Below, piece after piece: positions 1 to 7,653 of a stretch of 20,000 nt of DNA; positions within the stretch are counted from its first letter, which is position 1; each line of letters opens with the position of its first letter. Made by a program: the position numbers and the translations under genes. The notes below the pieces were generated by a model. It made no database searches and was not told where the DNA came from. It saw only the letters and a program-made list of their open reading frames with translations. The DNA lies in the IMG/VR virus record IMGVR_UViG_3300043774_000645. One strand, given 5' to 3'. The stretch is from an uncultured virus (IMG/VR IMGVR_UViG_3300043774_000645). Lineage: Duplodnaviria > Heunggongvirae > Uroviricota > Caudoviricetes.

Positions 1-157
1 GAAGAGTCATTGACTTTTCATTGTCATCCGCCACCGCTGCAACACCCTCAAACTTTGCCATAAATGGACGAAGAAGAGAGATTTTTAAAGGACGGACAGA
101 TATTTCTGTACCATCCATAAGTGTGAGTTTTTGAGCCTCATACACTGTCGTTGCCAT
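1..157 (-). CDS. Putative tail assembly chaperone (G-like), partial (3' end runs off window); paralogue of the N-terminus of 200..904
   Basis: Not in the ORF track. ATG at 157 with SD AGGAGGT (161-167) and open to the window edge: MATTVYEAQKLTLMDGTEISVRPLKISLLRPFMAKFEGVAAVADDNEKSMTL. 22/45 ungapped identities with the N-terminus of 200..904; lies downstream of the tail tube gene. Confidence 0.75.
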   Translation of the reverse strand, partial: MATTVYEAQKLTLMDGTEISVRPLKISLLRPFMAKFEGVAAVADDNEKSMTL

Positions 158-182
158 ACTACCTCCTAATTAGGTTATGTTA

Positions 183-191
183 ATTATAGCA
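183..191 (-). promoter_or_regulatory. Extended -10 promoter TGCTATAAT for the gene starting at 157
   Basis: Perfect TGnTATAAT in the 42-bp spacer, followed by a short leader containing AGGAGGT. Confidence 0.75.
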
Positions 192-199
192 CGAAAGTG

Positions 200-904
200 T
201 CAATTTTTTAGGAGTGTTGGATCTACCAAATTTTCGTAATCAAGTCCCATGTTAATGCCAAACCCTGCCTTTTGAGCATTTTGTCCTTGAAGAGATAATA
301 CATCATTACTATCAGATGTTGCTCCTTGGCTAAAAACTCTAGCTTTCATGTCTTCCCATTCTTTTTGTCCTTTGTCAGAACCTGAAGCTCCTTCTAGGTC
401 TACACCTTGAATTGCTGCAAGAAACTTTTTTTCTTCGTAGTCTAGCTCTCTTTTACTAGATAATGTTATCATTAACTCTGGCATAGATAAAGATTCTTCT
501 AGTTCCTTATAGTCTTTCCAAATACCCAAAATAAATACTTCTGCCTCTAATTTTGCAAGGTCTAAGTCTTGCCATGTCATGCCACTTGAAGTTGCTTGAT
601 CCTTGACTGTTTCTTCTGATTTTTTATTTATTTTTATACCTGCTGCCACATCAATAATTTTATATATTGTTGGTAGGTCTATGTTGTCTTCAAATGAGTC
701 TATTATTGATGGATAGTATTGTTTCATGCATATACCCACACATTTTGACAAAATATCAATTGCGCCATCATCATCTGATACGTTTTCAATTTGATTAAAA
801 ACAATCATAAAATCTCTTAGGTATTTAATTTTTAATGGAGTTATTTCTATCTCTGTTCCATCAATTAAATAAACATTTTCTCTGTGATATATTTGTGTGG
901 CCAT
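200..904 (-). CDS. Putative tail assembly chaperone (GT-like two-part protein)
   Basis: 234 aa directly after the major tail gene (usual chaperone position). N-terminal ~95 aa acidic G-like region, a polar linker (KKSEETVKDQATSSG), then a helical C-terminal region (WQDLDLAKLEAEVFILGIWKDYKELEESLSMPEL). Function from synteny. Confidence 0.6.
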   Translation of the reverse strand: MATQIYHRENVYLIDGTEIEITPLKIKYLRDFMIVFNQIENVSDDDGAIDILSKCVGICMKQYYPSIIDSFEDNIDLPTIYKIIDVAAGIKINKKSEETVKDQATSSGMTWQDLDLAKLEAEVFILGIWKDYKELEESLSMPELMITLSSKRELDYEEKKFLAAIQGVDLEGASGSDKGQKEWEDMKARVFSQGATSDSNDVLSLQGQNAQKAGFGINMGLDYENLVDPTLLKN

Positions 905-911
905 TTTATCT

Positions 912-920
912 ATTCTATCA
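912..920 (-). promoter_or_regulatory. Extended -10 promoter TGATAGAAT, leaderless configuration
   Basis: TG-A-TAGAAT, then 7 nt (AGATAAA), then ATG at 904; no SD; sits immediately after a terminator U-tract. Confidence 0.7.
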
Positions 921-956
921 CAAAAACAACAAAGCCCACCTCAAAAGAAGTGGGCT
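921..956 (-). terminator. Intrinsic terminator after major tail gene
   Basis: Minus-strand AGCCCACTTC-TTTT-GAGGTGGGCT (10-bp stem, one G.U) followed by TTGTTGTTTTTG. Confidence 0.85.
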
Positions 957-975
957 CAGTCGTATAATTATTAAA

Positions 976-1611
976 TTATGATGCTGCTGTCCAAGTACGA
1001 TCTACGATCTTACCATATGAACCAGAAACATCTTCTGGTAGAAGACGGAATGATACTTCAAACATTGAAGCCTCATCACGCTTTGCAGATACTGTAACAT
1101 TCTCAATTGACAATGCACGGTATGCTGTATAAACACGCTCTACATAAGCTGAGTCTACGCAGTCTCCAGTTCCTGGACCTACTGCAACAATACCACGCTC
1201 TACAGGGCATTCTCCAATATCACCAGCAGAAAGATCAAGTGATCGTCCGTTAGATGTACTCTTGTTTCCTGTAAGCTTGCTATCTGAGTAAGCCAAAGCT
1301 AGAAGAAGGTTTTCTAGTGTTGCTTCAGCAAAAGCTGTTGCAAGATTTACCTGCATGCCCTGCTTGTAAAGCTTTGCTACGTCAAGAATTTGATCAACTT
1401 GAACTTCACCGAAGTCAGGTTGGAAATTTAACTCAAGACCATTCATTGTGTAACCAACATTTGTGTAATCAGCATCATCCGCAAGTGTCTCACGGAATGT
1501 TTCTGAGTTAACAAAAGGAGTTAGTGAAGTAGCATCAAGTGTTGTGTCTGCCACAAACAGTGCTGCTGCACCAACAATAATATTGGTTGACGTTCCACGA
1601 CTATAAGCCAT
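976..1611 (-). CDS. Major tail (tube) protein
   Basis: 211 aa; NIIVGAAALF, VGYTMNGLELNFQPDFGEVQVDQ, FAEATLENL and SAKRDEASMFEVSFRLL patterns typical of siphoviral tail tube proteins; SD GAGGTG (1619-1624), own promoter and downstream terminator. Confidence 0.85.
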   Translation of the reverse strand: MAYSRGTSTNIIVGAAALFVADTTLDATSLTPFVNSETFRETLADDADYTNVGYTMNGLELNFQPDFGEVQVDQILDVAKLYKQGMQVNLATAFAEATLENLLLALAYSDSKLTGNKSTSNGRSLDLSAGDIGECPVERGIVAVGPGTGDCVDSAYVERVYTAYRALSIENVTVSAKRDEASMFEVSFRLLPEDVSGSYGKIVDRTWTAAS

Positions 1612-1677
1612 AGTATTTCACCTCTTTTTCATTAATAGGGTTATTAAGTTGTTAGGCGTTTGTGTTTCCTCAAATTA

Positions 1678-1686
1678 ATTATAACA
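1678..1686 (-). promoter_or_regulatory. Extended -10 promoter TGTTATAAT for major tail gene
   Basis: Perfect TGnTATAAT in the spacer; about 60-nt leader ending in SD GAGGTG. Confidence 0.75.
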
Positions 1687-1691
1687 TCATT

Positions 1692-2285
1692 TTATATGAT
1701 TATTTTTGTGGCTGGCTTGGATTCAGGCTTCCAAAGTGATCCAGTAACTGTTCCAGTTGGGTCAGCCAAATGGTAGTCAAATTCAACAATAACTTTGTTT
1801 CCTCCATAAGTTCTGGCTGTACCAAAATCAATTATGTCTCTAGTCTCTTCAAGCTGATAAACCTTAAATGTGTGAAAATAAAATATATTATCAATAAGAT
1901 TTTGGTTTTGTGATGTTCCAAGATTAATTTGCCTATTTGAGCACCAGTCGTTTACTTCTTGTGCTGACTCATCTCCACGATCCAGTAGGCGTTGAACACC
2001 CTCTGTAACTTGAACTAGATTTTCAGTAACAGTGCTTTGTGTAGCATAAAAATAATAAAGCATCTGTTCACACTTTATGTGTGGAAAGCTTTTTTTGTTC
2101 ATTCTGAAAAGTCTGTCATATGTTGCCATTATTCCATTTTCAGTAAGTGTCTCAGTTATATCATCAATTGTAGATGGTGTTGATGGGAAAAAGGGTATTC
2201 CGTCAAATCCATAATCTGATAGTTTATCTTTTATGTAATTATTAATCCATAGTGTTGGTGTATTTAATAATGTATCGTTTGCCAT
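1692..2285 (-). CDS. Putative tail terminator / tail completion protein
   Basis: 197 aa, last neck gene before the tail tube; starts 1 nt after the upstream stop. Function from synteny only. Confidence 0.5.
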   Translation of the reverse strand: MANDTLLNTPTLWINNYIKDKLSDYGFDGIPFFPSTPSTIDDITETLTENGIMATYDRLFRMNKKSFPHIKCEQMLYYFYATQSTVTENLVQVTEGVQRLLDRGDESAQEVNDWCSNRQINLGTSQNQNLIDNIFYFHTFKVYQLEETRDIIDFGTARTYGGNKVIVEFDYHLADPTGTVTGSLWKPESKPATKIII

Positions 2286-2286
2286 A

Positions 2287-2961
2287 TTATGCTACTCCTG
2301 CCTGTGCTATCCATTGGTATCCCGTTCTTATTCCAACAGACTTACCATTATTTTTTCCAGCCTTAATGTTTGCCTTATAGACTGTTGGACTTTCTAAATA
2401 GTCTTTTATTCCACTTGACCTAATAAAGGCTTGTGAAAAATATTTAGTAAAAAACAAATCAAATGTTTTTTCAAATCCACCAAGTGCTGCAGGTCCTCCA
2501 GGGTTTGTTATGACAATATCCTTTTTTGTAAAAATAGTTTCTCCATTGTCTTCAAAAACTAAAACACTTGATGTTGTTGGAGAAATTATTACAGGAATTC
2601 CATTTTCCATAATTCTTGCTTTATTATAAAATGGGACATTTGATCCATCTTTTATTGTTGAAGATTGAGAAAATGTTGAAAAGAATGATACTCCAGAGTC
2701 TGTGGATTTATAGGAAATATCATATAGTCTTGCTTCTGGACTTCCAACTCTATACCACTCATAAACATGTTGAAGAATAACTGGATTTACCTTAGCATTT
2801 GTATCAATAAAGGTCTTTAATGATTCAGTGGCTAATGATCCTATGTTTTCAAAAAATTTAGACTTTCCCTTTTTTATACCGTCTAAAAATCCAAGAGAGT
2901 AATCAATAATATTACTCATGTCTTTTCTAAATAAATTTGAATTAACTGTTACTCTTATCAT
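2287..2961 (-). CDS. Putative neck/tail-completion protein (HK97 gp10-like position)
   Basis: 224 aa; ATGA overlap with the upstream gene; motifs LQHVYEW and FYNKARIMENG; synteny. Confidence 0.5.
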   Translation of the reverse strand: MIRVTVNSNLFRKDMSNIIDYSLGFLDGIKKGKSKFFENIGSLATESLKTFIDTNAKVNPVILQHVYEWYRVGSPEARLYDISYKSTDSGVSFFSTFSQSSTIKDGSNVPFYNKARIMENGIPVIISPTTSSVLVFEDNGETIFTKKDIVITNPGGPAALGGFEKTFDLFFTKYFSQAFIRSSGIKDYLESPTVYKANIKAGKNNGKSVGIRTGYQWIAQAGVA

Positions 2962-3410
2962 ACATTTACCGCTTGATTTTCTGAGCGACGCAAAAGTACT
3001 TTATAAAAATCAACATTATTTGTTGGTCCAACTAATGGCTCTTGTGATGCAACTTCATATATTGTTCCTTGGCCAGATCTAGGTCCAGATGTTTCCATAT
3101 ATATTGTTTCTGAGTTTGGAAGCCTTACATTTGTAATAAGAATATTAGTCATTGAATGTCTTTCTTTTTGTGTTGATATTCTTAAATCAAATTTAACTCT
3201 TCCAGTCAAAACCATATCTTGATTAATTTTAACATTAGTTACAATTTCTTCTTTTGTTTTTCCAGTTCCAGAACTAAGGTAGCATGCAACTGTTCTATCA
3301 AGAACCCATTGTTTTTTTAGATTGCCATAAGCAGCTTGTTCAACTACAGGATAATAAATATCTGCCAACATTGGAAACATAAAGTCGGTAGCTTCGCATA
3401 CCGTATTCAT
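2958..3410 (-). CDS. Putative head-closure (stopper) protein
   Basis: 150 aa beta-rich; EQAAYGNLKKQW resembles the head-closure N-terminal D/A-x-Y-G hairpin; TAATG overlap with the adaptor gene. Confidence 0.55.
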   Translation of the reverse strand: MNTVCEATDFMFPMLADIYYPVVEQAAYGNLKKQWVLDRTVACYLSSGTGKTKEEIVTNVKINQDMVLTGRVKFDLRISTQKERHSMTNILITNVRLPNSETIYMETSGPRSGQGTIYEVASQEPLVGPTNNVDFYKVLLRRSENQAVNV

Positions 3411-4402
3411 TATAAGAACCCAGGTGTTTTAACGTTTGTTATATATTTGTCAATAATAATATCAACAAGAATATTTCCAGTACCAGAAAACTTTGATGAA
3501 TCATACTTAAGTCTAAACTGATCTGTTTGATATTCAGAAATGTATGTCTTGTAGTGTTCCATTTTTCCACATTTAATATCGTCAATTAATAAATTCATGG
3601 CATCACGAATATCACCTGGAATAACTTTGTATCCTGAATCATAGTCAATTACGTAATCAAAACCTTCAGGAAATGCTGCTGGTTGATTTCTTGTATTTGT
3701 CCACATGTTATCATAATTTTCATATGGTGCGTATGCATAAAATGAGTCTGATCCTGCATCTCTGTACTTTAATGGTTTTCTTTCTGCACGATCTTTTGTT
3801 TCATTTAGGTCATAATCTACTGGTACTTTTACAATTGAAGTTTCGTCTTTTGTAACAATATAGTTGTATCCATCAAGTCCTGGGCCATCAACAGTATCAG
3901 TTATGTCATAGACTAATCTTCCATTTTCATATACTTGATTGACGCTGTAAATTGGTTTCCAAACTGGTAAATAGTCTGTTCCTTGTCCAACTACCTCAAG
4001 TATTTTCTTTTCAAATGTAAATTTAGTGCCAATCAATGAGTCAATAATAGCTCTTGCAAGGCGTTCATTGTATGTTGCTTCTGCAATCTCTGTTGCAGTA
4101 ATTCCTAATGTGTTTGGATTAACGTATGGACGGATAACAGTTAAATTATCTTCAACTACTATATGCTGTTCTTCATCTTCATCTTCATTAATTTCATAAA
4201 TTTGAACAGAATAATCGTCATCATATTTTATAAAATCACCAGTTAAAGTAAATGTAATTTGTGAGTCTAGATCAGAAGTTATGGTTTCTGATACATTAAG
4301 ATTAAGTATAGAATTTTCAATTGTAAACAAATAGTCAGTGTCTGCTTCTGGGACATCGTATTTAATGTCAATAGGAAATGGTGGAAGTCTTAATACTATC
4401 AT
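3410..4402 (-). CDS. Putative head-tail adaptor/connector with N-terminal beta-rich extension
   Basis: 330 aa; PYVNP...ERLARAIIDSLIG helical start and DYDSGYKVIPGDIRDAMNLLI (YxAGY..IPxDI pattern of adaptors); ATGA overlap with the upstream gene. Confidence 0.65.
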   Translation of the reverse strand: MIVLRLPPFPIDIKYDVPEADTDYLFTIENSILNLNVSETITSDLDSQITFTLTGDFIKYDDDYSVQIYEINEDEDEEQHIVVEDNLTVIRPYVNPNTLGITATEIAEATYNERLARAIIDSLIGTKFTFEKKILEVVGQGTDYLPVWKPIYSVNQVYENGRLVYDITDTVDGPGLDGYNYIVTKDETSIVKVPVDYDLNETKDRAERKPLKYRDAGSDSFYAYAPYENYDNMWTNTRNQPAAFPEGFDYVIDYDSGYKVIPGDIRDAMNLLIDDIKCGKMEHYKTYISEYQTDQFRLKYDSSKFSGTGNILVDIIIDKYITNVKTPGFL

Positions 4403-4749
4403 TTTTGTTTACCGTAGTATGAGGCAACTTCTTGAGGTGTCGCAATGCGAACTGACCTGTGTGTTACCCATTTTTCGGATTCCTCCTTAGTTACAATGTT
4501 ATATCCTTTTTCTAGAGTTCCTACTCCACTCCAAAAAATATTTCTTTCTGAAAATAATGCAATGCTATTTTTTATTTCTTCTTCAATATCTTGTTTTTCT
4601 TCTACTGCTGCATCTTCTGGAGTCCAGTTAGCAATAATTTCTAGTATTTCTATTTTTTTATTTGCCCCAATAATATCAATATTATTTTTTTTGGCATAGG
4701 ATTTTATCTCCATAACAGTCTTTTTAGATAGTTCTTCAGTAATAGACAT
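4399..4749 (-). CDS. Small protein with N-terminal Rho-N/HeH-like helix-extension-helix domain
   Basis: ELSKKTVMEIKSYAKKNNIDIIGANKKIEILEII matches the L..kT..EL...Ak..gI.......K..LI..I pattern; SD AGGAGG (4755-4760). Confidence 0.65.
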   Translation of the reverse strand: MSITEELSKKTVMEIKSYAKKNNIDIIGANKKIEILEIIANWTPEDAAVEEKQDIEEEIKNSIALFSERNIFWSGVGTLEKGYNIVTKEESEKWVTHRSVRIATPQEVASYYGKQK

Positions 4750-4765
4750 TAAATCCTCCTATGCC

Positions 4766-4774
4766 ATTATACCA
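4766..4774 (-). promoter_or_regulatory. Extended -10 promoter TGGTATAAT for the Rho-N and neck operon
   Basis: Perfect TGnTATAAT; SD AGGAGG begins 5 nt downstream of the -10. Confidence 0.75.
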
Positions 4775-4777
4775 GAA

Positions 4778-5023
4778 TTAGCGTCTTCTTCTTGATTTAC
4801 CAAAATTATTTTGTAATGGTAAGCGAATACCATTTGGTATTCCAGAAGGATTGACTGCATTTGGTCCTGTTGTATCTCCCATGTTTGCACCTGGAAGATT
4901 TTCTAAAGTATTTACTTGGAGTCCGTTTGGACCCATAATTATTACTCCAGGAGTTCCTAAAGATGCAAGTGCACCATTACCAAAATGATTATGGTCTATT
5001 GGGTTTGTTCCTGGATATGACAT
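4778..5023 (-). CDS. Small Gly/Pro/Asn-rich protein paralogous to the N-terminal arm of the major capsid protein
   Basis: SD AGGAG (5029-5033); shares YPG.....HxH.G.GA.AS and GPNAVNP.G.P.GI.LP.Q with capsid residues ~9-75; ends KSRRRR. Confidence 0.8.
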   Translation of the reverse strand: MSYPGTNPIDHNHFGNGALASLGTPGVIIMGPNGLQVNTLENLPGANMGDTTGPNAVNPSGIPNGIRLPLQNNFGKSRRRR

Positions 5024-5033
5024 ATATACTCCT

Positions 5034-5071
5034 AAAAGAAAATAAGGAGGGTAGTTTTTACGCTACCCTCC
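5034..5071 (-). terminator. Intrinsic terminator after major capsid gene
   Basis: GGAGGGTAG-CGTAAAAA-CTACCCTCC (9-bp perfect stem) followed by TTATTTTCTTTT. Confidence 0.85.
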
Positions 5072-5090
5072 CTATAAAGTATTTCAATGA

Positions 5091-6212
5091 TTATGAGTTA
5101 TTTGCTGCTGTTGCGAATGCAACTGCATCAAGCTCTTCCCATTGTAGACCAAAGCGGACGAATACTGTGTACTCAATTGTGTCCTTCTTTGGTTGGTAGA
5201 AACGGTTTACAGTGATGTCTCTCTGGAATCCCCATACACGGTTCTGAGGGAATGTAAGATCTACATAACCTGCAGGGTAGTAAGGAACTTCCTGAACTTC
5301 AACACCAAGAACACGTGTTGTACGTGCTCCACCGAATGTCTGTGCTGCACCATCTAGATAGCTCTGACGGTTAGCAGGTGTACCTGCTGCAATTGGAGAA
5401 AATGCCTCTGCGATTGCATCAGCAAGTGTACCGTTGTTCTTAACGATACCCTGGAATGCATCTGTACCTGCATAGAACTTTAGATTGTTCTTGATTGCAC
5501 GGTACTTGCGTGGCATTGCAAGGATAATATCCTGTAGAACAGGAGTTGTCCATTCATTGTTTGCAACGGTTACGAATGATTCGTGTGCGTCTGATCCTGA
5601 AGTTACCTTGTTTACGAAACCATCCATGATTGAAAGGAATGGAGCAGTTGAACCGTCACCGTTGATCGCAAGATCTTCAATGTCGTTTGCAAATGCTGTT
5701 GTCATTAAACGAACAAGGTGGTCTTCAAGAGCTCCACCTTCTAGGTTATCTTCAAGTGATTCTGTTGATACTTCCCAATCAAGACGAATCTTTTTTGTAG
5801 TAAGTTCAACCTTTGAGAATGTTGCTCCTGCATTGGTAAATGTAGGGTTTGCTTGTGCTGCTGCACGAATTACACGCTCACCAACGTTAACTTTTTCAAG
5901 TTCCATTGTGTTAGCTCGCATTGTAACTCTACGTCCATCTTTAGCGAGAACTGTAGCATCCCACACATAATCAATGAAGCGACGGGCTTGCTCAGGTAGC
6001 AAGATACCTCCAGGCGTACCTGTTGGATTTACAGCGTTAGGACCATCTAGTACTCCTAAATTTGCTGTAGCAATATTGCCCATGGTTCCTGTGCGGCCTG
6101 CAACTGGAATTCCAGCGTCTGCTGAGCTTCCTGAAGCAAATGCACCATCACCGCTATGAGCGTGGGCTACTGTTGGAGAGCCTGGATAGTTCTTTACGAT
6201 ATCTTCTGACAT
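5091..6212 (-). CDS. Major capsid protein (HK97 fold)
   Basis: GGILLPEQARRFIDYVWDATVL, VELTTKKIRLDWEVSTESLEDNLEG, FANDIEDLAINGD, VLGVEVQEVPYYP. True start is likely ATG 6212 (MSEDIVK), because the ORF-track GTG at 6221 lies inside the SD AGGAGGTG (6219-6226). Confidence 0.92.
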   Translation of the reverse strand: MSEDIVKNYPGSPTVAHAHSGDGAFASGSSADAGIPVAGRTGTMGNIATANLGVLDGPNAVNPTGTPGGILLPEQARRFIDYVWDATVLAKDGRRVTMRANTMELEKVNVGERVIRAAAQANPTFTNAGATFSKVELTTKKIRLDWEVSTESLEDNLEGGALEDHLVRLMTTAFANDIEDLAINGDGSTAPFLSIMDGFVNKVTSGSDAHESFVTVANNEWTTPVLQDIILAMPRKYRAIKNNLKFYAGTDAFQGIVKNNGTLADAIAEAFSPIAAGTPANRQSYLDGAAQTFGGARTTRVLGVEVQEVPYYPAGYVDLTFPQNRVWGFQRDITVNRFYQPKKDTIEYTVFVRFGLQWEELDAVAFATAANNS

Positions 6213-6238
6213 ATTGTTCACCTCCTAGTGATTTTATG

Positions 6239-6790
6239 TTAGTTGTATAGGTCGGAGAATTTGAGGAAACGTCCGCCCCATAGGGATTTGTGAGCCATTA
6301 CTGGCTCCTGCACGATCTCGCCTAGATCGCCAGACTTGCGGAAAGCGGTATCTAGCTCTACTAGATCTACTCGCTTGCCAATTTCATTGAAAGTTCCCTT
6401 GATCTGATCTACATCAGTTGTTGTGGCTTCAAGAGATTTCTTTATATTTGCAACTTCATCACTTAGTGATTTTAGTGTTGCTGCTAGATCGCCAAAGGCA
6501 TTATTAACAGAATCTTTAATTTCTGTAATTGCATTAACAACTACGTCATCCGCTTTAGCTGCAGTTTTTTCTTCTTTGTCGTCTTCTTTTGTTAAAGCAG
6601 AAGGCATCATTTCTTCGTCTTCTTCTTCTTCATCTGTTGACTTCTTAGGAGCGTCTGCTTTTTCTGCTTCTGCTTCTGCTGCAATAGGTGCCTCAATAGT
6701 GGCATCTGCCTTTGGAGTGACCTCTGATACTACTTCTGGAGTTACTTCTGCTTCTTCAGCCTTTGCAACTACTTCTGTATTTTCTGTCAT
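6239..6790 (-). CDS. Nested in-frame scaffolding protein (183 aa) from an internal start
   Basis: SD AAGGAGGT (6798-6805) 7 nt before in-frame ATG 6790 (MTENTEVV), exactly where the acidic low-complexity region starts. Confidence 0.75.
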   Translation of the reverse strand: MTENTEVVAKAEEAEVTPEVVSEVTPKADATIEAPIAAEAEAEKADAPKKSTDEEEEDEEMMPSALTKEDDKEEKTAAKADDVVVNAITEIKDSVNNAFGDLAATLKSLSDEVANIKKSLEATTTDVDQIKGTFNEIGKRVDLVELDTAFRKSGDLGEIVQEPVMAHKSLWGGRFLKFSDLYN

Positions 6791-7549
6791 AGGACTTACC
6801 TCCTTGTTAATCTTAGAAGACTCTATGCCTTTAGCACTATCAACTAAGAATTTTATCATGTCTATTTTATCTTTATCTGATTTTTCTACAAAACCAATAT
6901 TTTTCATTTCTTCTCCAGATACTGGACTAACTTGTGTATCTTCTTCGGAAGTTAAAACAATTCCATTATCTTTATCGTAGAATACATTTTCAATAATTGT
7001 ATCCATTCCGTCACCTTTAATTACATCAATGCCATCAACTTTTTCAACTGAAACAATGCTGGCAAACTGATTTGCTGGTGAATCTACTAAAGATAGTTCT
7101 ACTAAATCATATTGTTTAATAACTCTAATTGTTTTGTCAAGTTCTTCATTATATGCATCATCCCACTTATTCATTCTTCCGCCAATAGAAAAACCAGTGT
7201 ATGTACCATCAAGAACTTTTTCCCATGCATTCTGTGCACCCTTTGAAATGTATGTAGAAACGTAAACTCCTTTATAGAATTTTTTTGTTTCTGGATCAAA
7301 GTATTTTTCTTCTTTAAAATTAATCATTTTACCAACGGCTGAAGGCTGATGCATTTCACGAATATTTCCACGGAATCTAGAGAAAGCTTCCATAGATGCT
7401 TCTGTTGTAACAATATCATCTTGCTTATCAATGTTGTCTAGTGATGCAAAACCTGATACTATTCTGCGTTCTTGGTCTACTTTTCCAAAGGGCATAGATA
7501 GGCGAAGATTGTCGCCGTCAGTTGTCCAAAATGCCTTATTTGTATTCAT
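6239..7549 (-). CDS. Prohead (capsid maturation) protease fused to acidic/coiled-coil scaffold
   Basis: HK97-type protease motifs IVSGFASLDNIDKQDD, REMH (His), GFSIGG (Ser), LVELSLVDSPAN; C-terminal Glu/Ala-rich coiled coil. Start likely ATG 7549 (MNTNKAFW), because the ORF-track start 7573 lies upstream of the promoter at 7560-7568. Confidence 0.88.
   Translation of the reverse strand: MNTNKAFWTTDGDNLRLSMPFGKVDQERRIVSGFASLDNIDKQDDIVTTEASMEAFSRFRGNIREMHQPSAVGKMINFKEEKYFDPETKKFYKGVYVSTYISKGAQNAWEKVLDGTYTGFSIGGRMNKWDDAYNEELDKTIRVIKQYDLVELSLVDSPANQFASIVSVEKVDGIDVIKGDGMDTIIENVFYDKDNGIVLTSEEDTQVSPVSGEEMKNIGFVEKSDKDKIDMIKFLVDSAKGIESSKINKEVSPMTENTEVVAKAEEAEVTPEVVSEVTPKADATIEAPIAAEAEAEKADAPKKSTDEEEEDEEMMPSALTKEDDKEEKTAAKADDVVVNAITEIKDSVNNAFGDLAATLKSLSDEVANIKKSLEATTTDVDQIKGTFNEIGKRVDLVELDTAFRKSGDLGEIVQEPVMAHKSLWGGRFLKFSDLYN
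6850..6858 (-). promoter_or_regulatory. Candidate intragenic extended -10 promoter TGATAAAAT for scaffold plus capsid
   Basis: TGnTAnAAT about 60 nt upstream of the internal ATG; no such motif occurs directly before the capsid gene. Could be chance in AT-rich DNA. Confidence 0.5.
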
Positions 7550-7559
7550 TGTGTATTCT

Positions 7560-7568
7560 ATTATACCA
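7560..7568 (-). promoter_or_regulatory. Extended -10 promoter TGGTATAAT for the protease (near-leaderless)
   Basis: Perfect TGnTATAAT, 10 nt before ATG 7549, no SD; TTGAGA (7585-7590) at 19-nt spacing is a possible -35. Confidence 0.75.
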
Positions 7569-7653
7569 AACATTTATAGGGTTTTCTCAAGTATTGAGAT
7601 AGTGCCAAGTTAGACCTGGTTTCTATATAAAGCCAAGCAACTTTTATGCTGTA

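Noticed and set aside
197..203. TTGACA / GACAC upstream of the 183-191 promoter (possible -35 or WhiA-type site)
   Set aside because: TTGACA is only 9 nt from the -10 and overlaps a stop codon; GACAC does not recur at this position in the other promoters.
610..640. Programmed -1 frameshift in the A-rich linker of the 234-aa chaperone
   Set aside because: No correctly phased X XXY YYZ heptamer was found, and the ORF already reads through in frame.
5485..6980. Long plus-strand ORFs (5485..5970, 5974..6159, 6423..6980) and other plus-strand ORFs in the track
   Set aside because: Antisense shadows of well-supported minus-strand genes; Ser-rich mirror composition and no recognisable motifs.
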